The position numbers and the translations under genes are program-made. This document shows positions 40,037 through 51,698 of a stretch of DNA of 64,000 bases, one piece after another (position 1 is the stretch's first letter; each line of letters opens with the position of its first letter). Source of the stretch: Acidobacteriota bacterium (GTDB taxonomy: Bacteria > Acidobacteriota > Thermoanaerobaculia > Gp7-AA8); assembly GCA_019244185.1 (NCBI GenBank), contig JAFATB010000023.1:32001-96000 (forward strand). The letters run 5' to 3'. A model generated the notes under the pieces. That model did no database searches, was not told the DNA's origin, and was given only the letters and a program-made list of their open reading frames with translations.

Positions 40037-41243
40037 CATCCGCCTGCTCTTCGCCGCGCGCATCGTGCGGCTCTTCGCCTACGGCTTCCTCTCCGTCGTC
40101 CTCGTGCTCTATCTCTCCGCGGCCGGTCTCGACAAAGAGCACATCGGCCTGCTGCTGTCGCTGACGCTCGTCGGCGACGTGCTGATGTCGCTTTACCTGA
40201 CGACGCGCGCGGACGTCTTCGGACGCCGCCGCACGCTCGTCGCCGGCGCGGCGCTGATGTTCCTCGCCGCGGTGGCCTTCGCCGTGACGCGCGACTTCAC
40301 GCTGATGCTCCTCGCCGCGACGATCGGCGTGATCAGCCCGAGCGGCAACGAGGTCGGCCCGTTCCTCGCCGTCGAACAGGTCGCGCTCGCGCAGCTCGCC
40401 GGCGCGCGCGACCGCACCAGCCTCTTCGCCTGGTACAACCTGAGCGGCTCGTTCGCCACCGCGTGCGGCGCGCTCGCCGCCGGCGCGTTTACGACGCGTC
40501 TCATGCGCGGCGGCTTCACCGCGGTCGCGAGCTACCGCGTCGTCATCGCCGGCTACGCGCTCCTCGGCATCGTGATGGCGCTGCTGTTTCTCCGCGTCTC
40601 GCGCGCCGTCGAAAACCCGAACGACGCGGCGAGCGGCGCGCCGCCGGCCGCGAAGTCGCTGTTCCGCATCAGCGCGTCACGCGACGTCGTCACGCGGCTC
40701 TCGATCCTCTTCGCCGTCGACTCGTTCGCCGGCGGTCTCGTCGTGCAGAGCATCGTCGCCTACTGGTTCTTCCATCACTTCCGTGCCAGCCCCGCGCTCA
40801 TCGGCTCGATCTTCTTCGGCGCGAACATCCTGGCCGGCATCTCCGCGCTCGCCGCCGCGCGCATCGCGCGCCGCATCGGTCTGCTGAAGACGATGGTCTT
40901 CACGCACCTGCCGTCGAACGTCCTGCTGCTGCTCGTGCCGTTCATGCCCACGCTGCCGCTCGCGATCGCGGTGCTCCTGCTGCGCTTCTCGATCTCGCAG
41001 ATGGACGTGCCGACGCGGCAGTCGTACGTCATCGCGGTCGTCGATCCATCCGAGCGAACGGCGGCCGCGGGAATCACCGGCGTCGCGCGCACGACCGGTG
41101 CCGCGCTCGCGCCGGTCATCGCCATGCCGCTCATCGCCGGCATGCGCAGCTGGATTCCGTTCGTCGCCGCGGGCGTGCTGAAGATCGGCTACGACCTCGT
41201 GCTGCTCCACGGCGCGCGCCGTCACACGATGCCGGACGACTGA
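40029..41243 (+). CDS. MFS transporter
   Basis: ADVFGRRRTL, SPSGNEVGPF, SQMDVPTRQSY; about 12 TM. Confidence 0.92.
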   Translation: MSDIRLLFAARIVRLFAYGFLSVVLVLYLSAAGLDKEHIGLLLSLTLVGDVLMSLYLTTRADVFGRRRTLVAGAALMFLAAVAFAVTRDFTLMLLAATIGVISPSGNEVGPFLAVEQVALAQLAGARDRTSLFAWYNLSGSFATACGALAAGAFTTRLMRGGFTAVASYRVVIAGYALLGIVMALLFLRVSRAVENPNDAASGAPPAAKSLFRISASRDVVTRLSILFAVDSFAGGLVVQSIVAYWFFHHFRASPALIGSIFFGANILAGISALAAARIARRIGLLKTMVFTHLPSNVLLLLVPFMPTLPLAIAVLLLRFSISQMDVPTRQSYVIAVVDPSERTAAAGITGVARTTGAALAPVIAMPLIAGMRSWIPFVAAGVLKIGYDLVLLHGARRHTMPDD

Positions 41244-41881
41244 TCGACGACGCGGCCGCGGTCGAGCAGCACGAGCTCTTCGCAGATTGCCGCGACTTCC
41301 TCGCGCTGATGCGTGACGTACAGCATCGGGATGGGGAACGCGTCGCGCACGCGCACGAGGTACTCGAGCACGCGGTCGCGCAGCACCACATCGACCCCCG
41401 CCAGCGGCTCGTCGAGGAGCAGCACCTCGGGACGGCTGAGCAGCGCGCGCGCGAGCGCCACGCGTTTGCGCTCACCGCCGGAGAGATGCGCGACGCCGCG
41501 GCCGAGGAGCGGCTCGAGCTCGAGGACGTCGACGACGTGCGCGAAGGCGAAGACGTCATCGTCGCCGTCGCGCGTCGCGCCGTACGACACGTTCTGCCGC
41601 ACGGAGAGATGCGGAAAGAGCGCGTCGTCCTGCGGCACGTAGCCCACGCGGCGCGCGCGCGGCGGCACGAACACGCGTTGCGCGGCGTCGAACACGACGC
41701 GTTCGTTGAGCTCGATGCGTCCCGTCGCCGGCGTGCGCAGGCCGGCGATCGTTTCGAGGAGCGAGGTCTTGCCCGCGCCCGACGGGCCGTACAAAGCGGT
41801 GATCCGCCGCGTCGTCGCGAACGAGACGTCGAGCGTGAACGGCGCGAGCGGCAGCACGACGTCACGCAACACGATGCTCAC
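41222..41881 (-). CDS. modC: Molybdate ABC ATP-binding protein (short, no TOBE domain)
   Basis: GPSGAGKT, RRVGYVPQD, LSGGERKR, LLDEP; GTGA overlap with the upstream gene. Confidence 0.88.
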   Translation of the reverse strand: MSIVLRDVVLPLAPFTLDVSFATTRRITALYGPSGAGKTSLLETIAGLRTPATGRIELNERVVFDAAQRVFVPPRARRVGYVPQDDALFPHLSVRQNVSYGATRDGDDDVFAFAHVVDVLELEPLLGRGVAHLSGGERKRVALARALLSRPEVLLLDEPLAGVDVVLRDRVLEYLVRVRDAFPIPMLYVTHQREEVAAICEELVLLDRGRVVDQSSGIV

Positions 41882-43287
41882 AGCGCGCGCCTCCCGCGGC
41901 GGAGAAAGGTCTCCGCGATCCACACCGACACGAACGCGACGAGGACGGCGATGAAGAGCAGGCGAAACGCGTCGGCGTCGCGGCCGAGCTGCACGCTCTC
42001 GTAGATCGCGAGCGAGAGCGTCTGCGTGCGCCCCGGGATGTTGCCGGCCACGAGGATCGTCGCGCCGAACTCGCCGATCGCGCGCGCGAACGCGAGCAGC
42101 AATCCGCCGACGATGCCGCGCGCGGCGAGCGGCAGCGTGATGGTGGCGAAGACGCGCGCGTTCGTCGCGCCGAGGGTGCGGGCGATCTGTTCGAGTCGCG
42201 GGTTCACTTCCTCGAAGGCCACGCGCGCGGCGCGCACGAGGAGCGGGAATGACATCACCATCATCGCCAGGACGACTGCACGCCATGTGAACACGAGCTC
42301 GAGTCCGAACGAGCGGCGCAGGCGGCCGAGTCCTTCGAGGAGGAGCAGCCCGGTCGCAACCGGCGGCATCACCAGCGGCAACGCGACGAGCGTCTCGACG
42401 AGCGACTTGCCGCGCCACTCGAACCGCGCGAGCAGCCACGCGACGGCGAGTCCGGGGACGAGGATGAGAAATGTCGAGAGCGATGCCGTGCGCAGCGTCA
42501 GCCAGAGCGGCGTGAGCACGTCGTGTTTCGTGACGTTTGACGCCGGCGCGGGCGCGGCGTTCGTGATGAAGCCTTCGCGCGCGAAGACCGGCAGCCCCTC
42601 ATGCGTCGCGTACGCGAGAAACCGCTGCGCGCCGGCGCGGTCGTGCGCGTGCGTCAGTACGGCAAAGGCGTACGCGATCGGCGGCGCGTCGTCGCGCGGC
42701 ACCTCGTACGCAACGCGCACGTCATTCGTCGTGAGCGCGTCGGTGCGGTAGACGATCGCCGCGTCCGCGCCGCCCGACGCCACCGCGCGCAACGCGCCGC
42801 GCACGTTCTCGGTCGGAATCACGTGCGGCGCGAGCGCGGTCCAGAGTACCTTACGCTCGAGGTACGTCCGCGCGTAAATGCCGGCGGGAACGGTCGACGG
42901 CTCCGCGAGCGCGAGCCGCCGCACGCGCAGCAACTCGCGCGGCGAGGTCATCGCCGGCGCATCGCGCGGCACGACGACGACGAGCGCGTTCGACAACACG
43001 CTGACGCGCGTGCCGACGTCGACGAGCCCGCGCGCAACGAGGCGGTCCATGGTCGCGTTGTCGGCGGAGAAGAAGACGTCCGCCGGCGCGCCTTCCTCGA
43101 TCTGCCGCGCCAGCGTCGGCGAGCCGGCCGCGTGCACCAGCACCCGCCCGCCGCCCGCCCGCGCGTACTGCGCGCCGATCGCCTCGACCGCATCGGCAAG
43201 GCTCGCCGCCGCGAACACGCGCACCTCGTCCGCATGAAGCGCGAACGTCAGCAGCAACAACGCGAAGGCGAGGAATCGCCGATGCAC
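41878..43287 (-). CDS. modAB: Fused molybdate-binding protein and permease (ModA-ModB)
   Basis: Signal peptide, VFAAASL, GAPADVFFSA, VPAGIYA; then LPLVMPPVATG, FARAIGEFGAT, GNIPGRTQT in one frame. Confidence 0.88.
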   Translation of the reverse strand: MHRRFLAFALLLLTFALHADEVRVFAAASLADAVEAIGAQYARAGGGRVLVHAAGSPTLARQIEEGAPADVFFSADNATMDRLVARGLVDVGTRVSVLSNALVVVVPRDAPAMTSPRELLRVRRLALAEPSTVPAGIYARTYLERKVLWTALAPHVIPTENVRGALRAVASGGADAAIVYRTDALTTNDVRVAYEVPRDDAPPIAYAFAVLTHAHDRAGAQRFLAYATHEGLPVFAREGFITNAAPAPASNVTKHDVLTPLWLTLRTASLSTFLILVPGLAVAWLLARFEWRGKSLVETLVALPLVMPPVATGLLLLEGLGRLRRSFGLELVFTWRAVVLAMMVMSFPLLVRAARVAFEEVNPRLEQIARTLGATNARVFATITLPLAARGIVGGLLLAFARAIGEFGATILVAGNIPGRTQTLSLAIYESVQLGRDADAFRLLFIAVLVAFVSVWIAETFLRRGRRAL

Positions 43288-43322
43288 GCGCGGATCATAG
43301 TCGCGCCGCTACACTGACAACG

Positions 43323-43748
43323 ATGCGCCGCACTTTGCTCGCTCTCGCCTTCCTGTCCGTTCTGACGTCGTGCACGACGATGCAGCCGTCCGCGCCGATG
43401 CAGGTCGTCGACGACGACCGCCTCTTCTGCGGCCTCTCGATTCCCGACGGCGGCACCGTGTCCGAGCGCGACCTCGCGCAGTTCCTCGACGAAGTCGTCG
43501 TCACCCGTTTCCCCGACGGCTTCAGCGTCTTCCACATCGACGGCCACTACAACGACACGCGCAAAGGCCCCGTCGCCGAATCGAGCATCGTCATCGAGAT
43601 CATCCACGTCCACGACGCGAGCAAGGACCAACTCGTCCGCGAGATCGCCACCGAATACCGGCGCCGCTTCCGCCAGCAAGCCGTCCTGCGCATGCACGCG
43701 TCGGGAGCGATGGAGTTGATCGAGGAGAAGAGCGCGTCAACCGAATGA
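43323..43748 (+). CDS. DUF3574-like lipoprotein
   Basis: Lipobox LTSC; FLDEVVVTRFPDGFSV, YRRRFRQQAVLR. Confidence 0.85.
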   Translation: MRRTLLALAFLSVLTSCTTMQPSAPMQVVDDDRLFCGLSIPDGGTVSERDLAQFLDEVVVTRFPDGFSVFHIDGHYNDTRKGPVAESSIVIEIIHVHDASKDQLVREIATEYRRRFRQQAVLRMHASGAMELIEEKSASTE

Positions 43749-44216
43749 GCTCGGTGGCAGGAACCGCGGAAGGATCGCCGCGGCCACCGCGAGCGCGCCG
43801 AGCAGCATCGTCGCCATGATCTTCGACGGCTTCAGCACGCGCTCGCGAAAGGTGACGTTCTTCTCGCCCCAGCCTTTCCAGTGCGAAGGCAGCCGATACG
43901 GTTCCTCGAACAAGCCGAGCGCGGATTCGATCGACGCGATCACCTTCTGCGTTTCCGCGAGAAAGCAGCGCTGCTTCAACTGCCACTTGATCGAGAACAC
44001 CGTGACGATTGCCATCGCTGCCGCGGCGAGCCCCGCGCCGACACCGGTCTGCAACAGCAGCCCGCGCTTGTCGCTCGTCAGCAGCAGCGCGGCGCCGATG
44101 AAGCCGACCAGAATCGCCGAGCTCCAGTTGAAGATCTCGTTCTCCCGCGCGCGCCGATACTCCAGCTGCTTGAGCTGCGCTTCGTAAAGGTGCAGCAGGA
44201 GCTCGTGGTCGGGCAT
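43737..44216 (-). CDS. Hypothetical 3-TM membrane protein
   Basis: Helix-TM-TM-helix-TM layout; TATCAT 7 nt before the ATG. Confidence 0.7.
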   Translation of the reverse strand: MPDHELLLHLYEAQLKQLEYRRARENEIFNWSSAILVGFIGAALLLTSDKRGLLLQTGVGAGLAAAAMAIVTVFSIKWQLKQRCFLAETQKVIASIESALGLFEEPYRLPSHWKGWGEKNVTFRERVLKPSKIMATMLLGALAVAAAILPRFLPPSSFG

Positions 44217-44237
44217 GGCCACGATGATACGGCCCCC

Positions 44238-45428
44238 TCACCACCTCCGCGGCATCTTCACCCCCTCCGCCCCGCACAGCTCCGCGTGGCGCTCGAGCGC
44301 GGCCACGATCGCGGAGCGATCGTCGCCGCTTGCGCGCGCGGAGCGATCGTCACCGCTCACCGTTGCCGCATCTTCGAGCCAGAGTTTGGAGACGACGAGA
44401 CGCTTGCCGTCGATGCGGGCGTCGAGGCGGCCGAGGAAGCGGTCGTGGTGGAGGAGGGGGCAGACGTACCAGCCCCAGCGCCGTTGCGCGGCGGGTTTGT
44501 AGACTTCCCAGACGTATTCGAAGGCGAAGACGTGGCGGACGAGGTCGCGGTCCCAGAGGAGCGGATCGAGTGGGCCGAGGATGCGGACGCGGTCGTCGTA
44601 GCGCGGGCGTGGGGTCGTGAGGAACGACGGCACGGCGAGGTAGCGGCGGGCGGAGTCTTCGATGGCCACTTCGACGAGCTCGCCGTCGGCGAGCATTGCA
44701 TCGACGACACCCGACGTCCGCACGTTGCTGAGCATCGACCACATCGCGCCGCTCGCGCGCGTGAGGAGGCCGGCGGCGTGCGCGCGTTCGCGCAGCGCCC
44801 AGCGGGCGAAGTCGCCGCGCGGTTTCTCGGTCGCGACGTCGCGGCCGAGGGCGCGTTCGGGGACGTCGTAGAGCTTCGCGCCGGATGAGGTGCGGCCGGC
44901 GACGACGACGTCGCAGCGCGTCCACAAGACTTCGAGCGCCATCGACGTCGCCTTCGCGGTGCCGCGCCAGCCGGCCCAGTCGATCGGCTCGACTTCGCCG
45001 TGGTCCGTGAGATCGCGCGCGGTGAGCGGGCCGCGGGCGCGCACTTCCTCGAGCACTGCCGCAATCAAACGCGGCGCGAGGCGCTGTTCGCGTTCGCCGT
45101 GCCGCCACCACGGCGTCTGTGCGGCGTGTCCCTGCACGCGATACCACGGGAACGCGGACGCGGGGAGGATGCAGCGCTCCTTGGCGAAGTGCTCGAACGC
45201 CTCGCGCGGAAAGAGATGCCGCCAGACGTCGCCGCGCGCCACGCCTTCGGTGCGCGCCATGACCACGAGATCCGCATTCGTGCCGATCGGATCGAGCGGA
45301 TCGAGCTGAATGCAGCGCAGGCGGTCGAGCACCTTGCGCGTGCCGGCGCGGCCGCGTCCGAGCGAGCGCGCGAGGCCGAGGTGCGCGACGAGCAGGCGGC
45401 GCGCATCGGCGCGGGAGAGCGTCTCCAT
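44238..45428 (-). CDS. AlkZ/YcaQ-like winged-helix DNA glycosylase
   Basis: CIQLDP (QxD), ILGPLDPLLWDR, YVWEVYKPAAQRRWGWYV. Confidence 0.88.
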   Translation of the reverse strand: METLSRADARRLLVAHLGLARSLGRGRAGTRKVLDRLRCIQLDPLDPIGTNADLVVMARTEGVARGDVWRHLFPREAFEHFAKERCILPASAFPWYRVQGHAAQTPWWRHGEREQRLAPRLIAAVLEEVRARGPLTARDLTDHGEVEPIDWAGWRGTAKATSMALEVLWTRCDVVVAGRTSSGAKLYDVPERALGRDVATEKPRGDFARWALRERAHAAGLLTRASGAMWSMLSNVRTSGVVDAMLADGELVEVAIEDSARRYLAVPSFLTTPRPRYDDRVRILGPLDPLLWDRDLVRHVFAFEYVWEVYKPAAQRRWGWYVCPLLHHDRFLGRLDARIDGKRLVVSKLWLEDAATVSGDDRSARASGDDRSAIVAALERHAELCGAEGVKMPRRW

Positions 45429-45510
45429 GCGCGGCGCAGGGTCGCATAACAAGCGTCGAGGAATATCGTGATAACGACTATCGTTGCGCGGCGACAGAAA
45501 GGAAGTTCGC

Positions 45511-45957
45511 ATGTTTCGAAAACTGATCGCTACCGTTCCCGACGGCGCCGTCGCCGTGCTCCGCGTCGTCCTCGGCATCGTGATGCTCGCTCACGGCCTG
45601 CAGAAGACCTTCGGCCTCTTCGGCGGCTACGGCTTCCAGGGGACGATGGGCTTCTTCACGCAGCAGATGCACATCCCGGCCGTCTTCGCGTTCCTGGCCA
45701 TCGCCGCGGAGTTCGCCGGTGGACTCGGACTGATCGTCGGTCTCCTCGGGCGCGTGGCCGCGTTCGGCGTGGCCGTGAACATGCTCGTGGCGATGATCCT
45801 CGTCCACCTGCCGGTCGGCTTCTTCATGAACTGGAACGGAAACCTCAAGGGCGAGGGCTACGAGTACCATCTGCTCGCCATCGCCATGGCCGTCGCCATC
45901 ATGCTGCGCGGCTCCGGCGCGGCGTCGATCGATCTCGCGCTGTCGCAGAAACGATGA
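45511..45957 (+). CDS. DoxX family membrane protein
   Basis: HGLQKTFGLFGGYG, GFFMNW, GEGYEYHLL. Confidence 0.92.
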   Translation: MFRKLIATVPDGAVAVLRVVLGIVMLAHGLQKTFGLFGGYGFQGTMGFFTQQMHIPAVFAFLAIAAEFAGGLGLIVGLLGRVAAFGVAVNMLVAMILVHLPVGFFMNWNGNLKGEGYEYHLLAIAMAVAIMLRGSGAASIDLALSQKR

Positions 45958-46388
45958 CCAAACGAACCGTCGAAGAGCAGGCGTTTCTCAGCATCCTCCG
46001 GACCGCGGACTCTCTCGTCCGCGGTCTCGATGCGCTGCTCAAACCGCACGGGCTCACGACGACGCAGTACAACGTGCTGCGCATCCTGCGCGGGGCGGGG
46101 GAGGACGGCGCGACGTGCACCGCCATCGCCTCGCGCATGATCACCGCCGATCCCGACGTCACACGCCTGCTCGACCGCATGGAGAAGCGCGGCCTGCTCG
46201 TGCGGCGCCGCGACGATCGCGACCGCCGCGTGGTGCTGACCTCGATCACCGACGCGGGCCGCGCGATGCTCGAGGAGCTCGACGACGCGCTGATCGAGCT
46301 GCATCGCAACCAGCTGCGCGGCGTGCCGAAGACGCGGCTGCGCGAGTTGATCGCGGACCTCGACAAGATCCGCGGCGTCGAGTCGTAG
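45954..46388 (+). CDS. MarR family regulator
   Basis: QYNVLRILRGA, PDVTRLLDRME, DRRVV...ITDAG. Confidence 0.93.
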   Translation: MTKRTVEEQAFLSILRTADSLVRGLDALLKPHGLTTTQYNVLRILRGAGEDGATCTAIASRMITADPDVTRLLDRMEKRGLLVRRRDDRDRRVVLTSITDAGRAMLEELDDALIELHRNQLRGVPKTRLRELIADLDKIRGVES

Positions 46389-47740
<1,352 letters not shown>

Positions 47741-47750
<10 letters not shown>

Positions 47751-48802
47751 TCCGCGTCTCCGAAGACGAGGCGGAAGGTCGTGCCCGCGGCGGACGTCGC
47801 GACGAGCTGCAGATCGCCGCCGTGGTCGAGCATGATCTTGCGCGAGATCGAAAGACCCAGTCCCATTCCCTCTCCCATTCTGCGCGTCGTGACGTACGGA
47901 TCGAAAATCCGCGCGCGCAGCGACTCGGGGATGCCGGCGCCGCTGTCGCTGACGTCGAGGGCGACCGGCGCATTCGCGCGCGCGATCGCGAACGTCACCG
48001 CGCCGCCGCCGTTCCCTTCGACGGCGCGCGCGCTGTTGGTACACAGGTTGACCAATACCTGGCGCAGCAGGTCGCCGTCGGCGCAGACGCGCGCGTCGCC
48101 GCCGGACCATTGCAGCGTGAGACCCGGCCACGCGTTGCCGAACGTCGCGCAGAACTCCTCGACGACCGCGCGCAGCGACAGCGGCCGCAGCACCGGCGTG
48201 CCGATCGCCGCGAACGACGCGAACCCGCGCGTGAACCGCGCCAGCCGCTCGAGCTCCTCGGCGATGCTCTCGCCGGCCGCGAGCACGTCGTTCTGCGGCG
48301 CGCCGCGGCGCACGCCGTCGCCGAGGCGCTCGAGCTCGAGGCGGGCGGCGGTGAGCGGACCTTTGATCTCGTGCGCCTGACGTCGCGCCGTTTCCTGCAG
48401 CGTCGCCACGCGATCGAGATACTCGCGCCGCTCGCGCGCCTGCGCTTTTCGCGCGCGCAGCGAGATCCACGTGGCCGCCACCGCGGCGCCGGCGACGAAG
48501 AGCGCGAGCAGCGTCAGCTCGAAGCGCTGCTGCATCTCCGCGCGATTGAGACGAATCACTTCGAGCCGCCGCAGCAGCAGGTTCGTGTTCTCGAAGCGGC
48601 GGCGATACGCATCGCGATGTTCGTCGTCGAACGCGCGCAGCCGCTTCTGATCGTTCAGCGATTGTTCGAGCGCCTCGCGCACCTCGGGGCGTAGCGCGAC
48701 GTCGAGCCAGAGTCCCGAAATCTGATGGACCAACAGCCAGAAGAGCAGCGTCGCGCCGGCGATGGCGACGAGCGTCGCGGCGAGAGACCGCGCGCGATTC
48801 AT
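47741..48802 (-). CDS. Sensor histidine kinase
   Basis: 2 TM, AHEIKGPL, VNLCTN, DSGAGI, GMGLGL. Confidence 0.92.
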
Positions 48803-49380
48803 CGGAACGCCACCTCCGCGTTCCAGTGATACGCGCGGATCGGTTTCGCATCGAGCGTCGTGCCGATGAGCGCGGTGACGAGCGGCGAGCCGCCGCCGGG
48901 CGTGCCGAGGCCGCCGGACTTCGCGATCCATTGCCGCGCGTCTTCTCCTTCGGCGATGGAGAACGGCAGTACGGACAGCGTCACGCGCAGTGCGACGCGA
49001 TCGGCATTCGCGGCGAAGAGGCGCACGGGCACGCGCCACCATTTGTCGAGCGCGTCGCGCGAGGCGAGCCGCTGCCGTTCCTCTTTGCCGTCGAACTCGA
49101 TCCGCCGCACGAGCCACACTTCATCCCACAGGTCGAAGCGCACCTCGACACGCGCGGCGCCGCGTCGGTCGGACTCGCGCGCCTGCGCCGAGAGGAGGAA
49201 CGTCGTCGTGAGGCCGCTGGAGATCTGCTTCTTCACCTCGCGCTCGTCGAGGAGCGACGACGGCAGCGAGACGGCGACGGTGCGGCCCGGCTGCGCGACG
49301 AACGACGGCCGCGGCTGCGCGAACGCGAACGCGGGCAGCAGCAGCGCGACGAGCAGTGCGGAGACGCGCGTCGCCGTCAC
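48799..49380 (-). CDS. Secreted hypothetical protein (DUF4390-like)
   Basis: Signal peptide ending AFA; SGLTTTF, RFDLWDE; translationally coupled on both sides. Confidence 0.7.
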   Translation of the reverse strand: MTATRVSALLVALLLPAFAFAQPRPSFVAQPGRTVAVSLPSSLLDEREVKKQISSGLTTTFLLSAQARESDRRGAARVEVRFDLWDEVWLVRRIEFDGKEERQRLASRDALDKWWRVPVRLFAANADRVALRVTLSVLPFSIAEGEDARQWIAKSGGLGTPGGGSPLVTALIGTTLDAKPIRAYHWNAEVAFR

Positions 49381-50672
49381 TTCCACGTGTACCCCAGCCC
49401 CAGGCGCAGCGTGCCCCAGACGTTGCGGCGCACCCACGCCGCGGAGAGGCGCATGCCTTCGTCGCTGTTGAGATCGACGAAGCGCTGGCCCTCGCGGTCG
49501 TAGTCGCCCTGCCGCGCGACGTACTGCGCGTCGAGCTCGACGCGCGAGTCGCCGGCTTCTTTCGCCGCGTCGGGACGCAGGTTGTACGACCAGCCGCCGC
49601 CGATGAGGGCGTAGAGCGGCTGCGCGCGGATGACCTGCGGTGTGAGGAGCTGGTTCGCGCGCTCCTCGGTGTTCGTCCAGCCGGCCTGCAGCGTCGCGGA
49701 GACTGAGTCGCGGTCGGAGAGCTCGAAGTAGCGCGCGGCGATTGCGTCGACGCCGTAGCTGTTGAAGTGGTCGGCGTACGCATCGACGCGATCCGTGCCC
49801 GGGATCATGATGAAGCGCGAATACGAGGCGAGGTCGCGCGACGACCATTGCGGCGCGATGCGCACGAACGTGCCGCGCGTCGGGACGAACGGCTGGTTCG
49901 TCGTGTTGTACGCCCACGCGAACGACACGATCCGCTCGCCGTCCTGCAGCGTGTACGGGGCGTCGTTGATGAACGTCGTACTGCGGCTGAAACGCGTCTC
50001 CTCGTAGTCGAGCGTCAGCGTGTGCTTCGGCGTGAGCGGAATGCCGACGACCACCTGCGGCGACAGCGTCGGATTGCGCGCCGGCTCGACGGGCCAGCGG
50101 AGATTCACCGTGGCAAACGCGCGCGTGCCGAAGAGGTCGTACTGCGTGTAGCCGATGGCCGGGGCGCTGTAGTCGGTGGTGAACTCCTGCCGGTCGCGCC
50201 GGCTGGTGATTCCGATGTGCGCCACGCCGCGGCGGCCAATGAACTTGCGGTAGCCGATCGCGGCGTCGCTGGTGTCGGCGCCGAGGGAGCCGGCGTAGTC
50301 GACGGCGGTCCGGCGCTGCTCGTCGTTGAGGATCGGACGCGCGTCGATGAAGTAGAAAAACGGCTTCGTCTCCGCGACGGTGATGACGAGCACGTGCCGC
50401 CCGCGATCGGAGCCTTTCTCCAAGGCGAAGTCCGCCGAGAGCAGATACGGCAGGCGATTGAGGCGCAGCGACGCCGCGCGCAGCTCATCCTCGGTGTACT
50501 CGGCGCCGGCGCGCAGCAGCGACTCCGAGACGATCAGATCCGCCGACACGCGATGCGCGTTGCGCACTTCGATGCGCTCGATGAAGAAGCGCGCGGGCGC
50601 CGCGTCCTGCGCCTGCAGCGGCGCGGCGACGACGGCGGCCAGAGCGAGAGCGATGAGAAACGTACGAGTCAT
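49377..50672 (-). CDS. POTRA-containing outer-membrane beta-barrel (Omp85-like)
   Basis: Signal peptide, IERIEVRN...LVITVAET POTRA, C-terminal LGLGYTWK. Confidence 0.7.
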   Translation of the reverse strand: MTRTFLIALALAAVVAAPLQAQDAAPARFFIERIEVRNAHRVSADLIVSESLLRAGAEYTEDELRAASLRLNRLPYLLSADFALEKGSDRGRHVLVITVAETKPFFYFIDARPILNDEQRRTAVDYAGSLGADTSDAAIGYRKFIGRRGVAHIGITSRRDRQEFTTDYSAPAIGYTQYDLFGTRAFATVNLRWPVEPARNPTLSPQVVVGIPLTPKHTLTLDYEETRFSRSTTFINDAPYTLQDGERIVSFAWAYNTTNQPFVPTRGTFVRIAPQWSSRDLASYSRFIMIPGTDRVDAYADHFNSYGVDAIAARYFELSDRDSVSATLQAGWTNTEERANQLLTPQVIRAQPLYALIGGGWSYNLRPDAAKEAGDSRVELDAQYVARQGDYDREGQRFVDLNSDEGMRLSAAWVRRNVWGTLRLGLGYTWK

Positions 50673-50687
50673 GGAAGCGCTCGTAAG

Positions 50688-50702
50688 GCGGGCCGGATGC
50701 CA
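50688..50702 (-). promoter_or_regulatory. Probable sigma54 promoter
   Basis: TGGCATCCGGCCCGC (GG-N10-GC); paired TGT-N12-AC(A/G) sites at 50787-50827. Confidence 0.55.
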
Positions 50703-50900
50703 TCCGTTCCGCGGCGGGCGATGTTGGTCAAGTCGTTTACTACTCGGGAGTTCGCCGCCGCGGGCGGTCTCCGGCACGCGCGGCAGTGTATGCGAAACCG
50801 GACAGCGCCTGTCGGTTCGACCGGACGGCCACACCGGCATCACGCTGAAGAGCAGCACCGCGCTGCCGGCCGCGAACGGCAGCATCGCCACGAGGTTCCT

Positions 50901-51674
50901 TCAACCGATGCGCACGCTCAGCATCGACACCGAGCCGCCGTCGACGCCTTCGACGGGAAACGTGACCGCGTCACCTTCGCGCTGCAGCGCCGCGACGTAG
51001 AGCAGCGGCAGGTAGTGATCGGGCGTCGGCGCGGCGAGCTGCGCGTCGCGGCCGAGCTCCTCGTAGTCGATCAGCGGATCGTGATGTCCGCGCAGCAGCA
51101 ACTCGCGCGCGAGCGTCTCGAAGCGCACCGCCCAGTCGAACGGCTCCGGATGATGCCGCCCCCACGCGTACGTATGCAGGTTGTGCACGAGGTTCCCGCT
51201 GCCGATGACGAGCACCTCTTCGTCGCGCAGCGGCGCGAGTCGTTTCGCGAGGTCGTAGTGAAAGCGCGGCGGCTGCGTCTCGTCGATGCTCAGCTGCACG
51301 ACCGGGATGTCGGCGTCCGGATAGACATGCACGAGCACGGACCACGTACCGTGATCGAGTCCCCATCGCGTGTCGAGTCCGGCGTCCACCGGCGCGAGCA
51401 GCGACTGCACGCGCGCGGCGAGCTCGGGATCGCCCGGCGCGGGGTACTGCACCTCGTACAGCGGACGCGGGAAGCCGCCGAAGTCGTGGATCGTGCGCGG
51501 GCGATCCATCGCCGTCACCAGCGTGGCCGGGAGATACCAGTGCGCCGAGACGGCGAGGATCGCGCGCGGGCGCGGGAGCTCGCGTCCCATCCGCGCCCAC
51601 GTCTCCGTGTACGCGTTGCGCTCGAGCGCGTTCATCGGATTGCCATGGCCGAAGAAGACGACGGGCATTGCCAT
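50901..51674 (-). CDS. ygiD: 4,5-DOPA extradiol dioxygenase (LigB family)
   Basis: GHGNPMNA, SAHW, TIHDFGGFP, GLDHGTW, PTPDHYLPL. Confidence 0.93.
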   Translation of the reverse strand: MAMPVVFFGHGNPMNALERNAYTETWARMGRELPRPRAILAVSAHWYLPATLVTAMDRPRTIHDFGGFPRPLYEVQYPAPGDPELAARVQSLLAPVDAGLDTRWGLDHGTWSVLVHVYPDADIPVVQLSIDETQPPRFHYDLAKRLAPLRDEEVLVIGSGNLVHNLHTYAWGRHHPEPFDWAVRFETLARELLLRGHHDPLIDYEELGRDAQLAAPTPDHYLPLLYVAALQREGDAVTFPVEGVDGGSVSMLSVRIG

Positions 51675-51698
51675 GGCGAGAGAGTCTACGCCCGCGCG

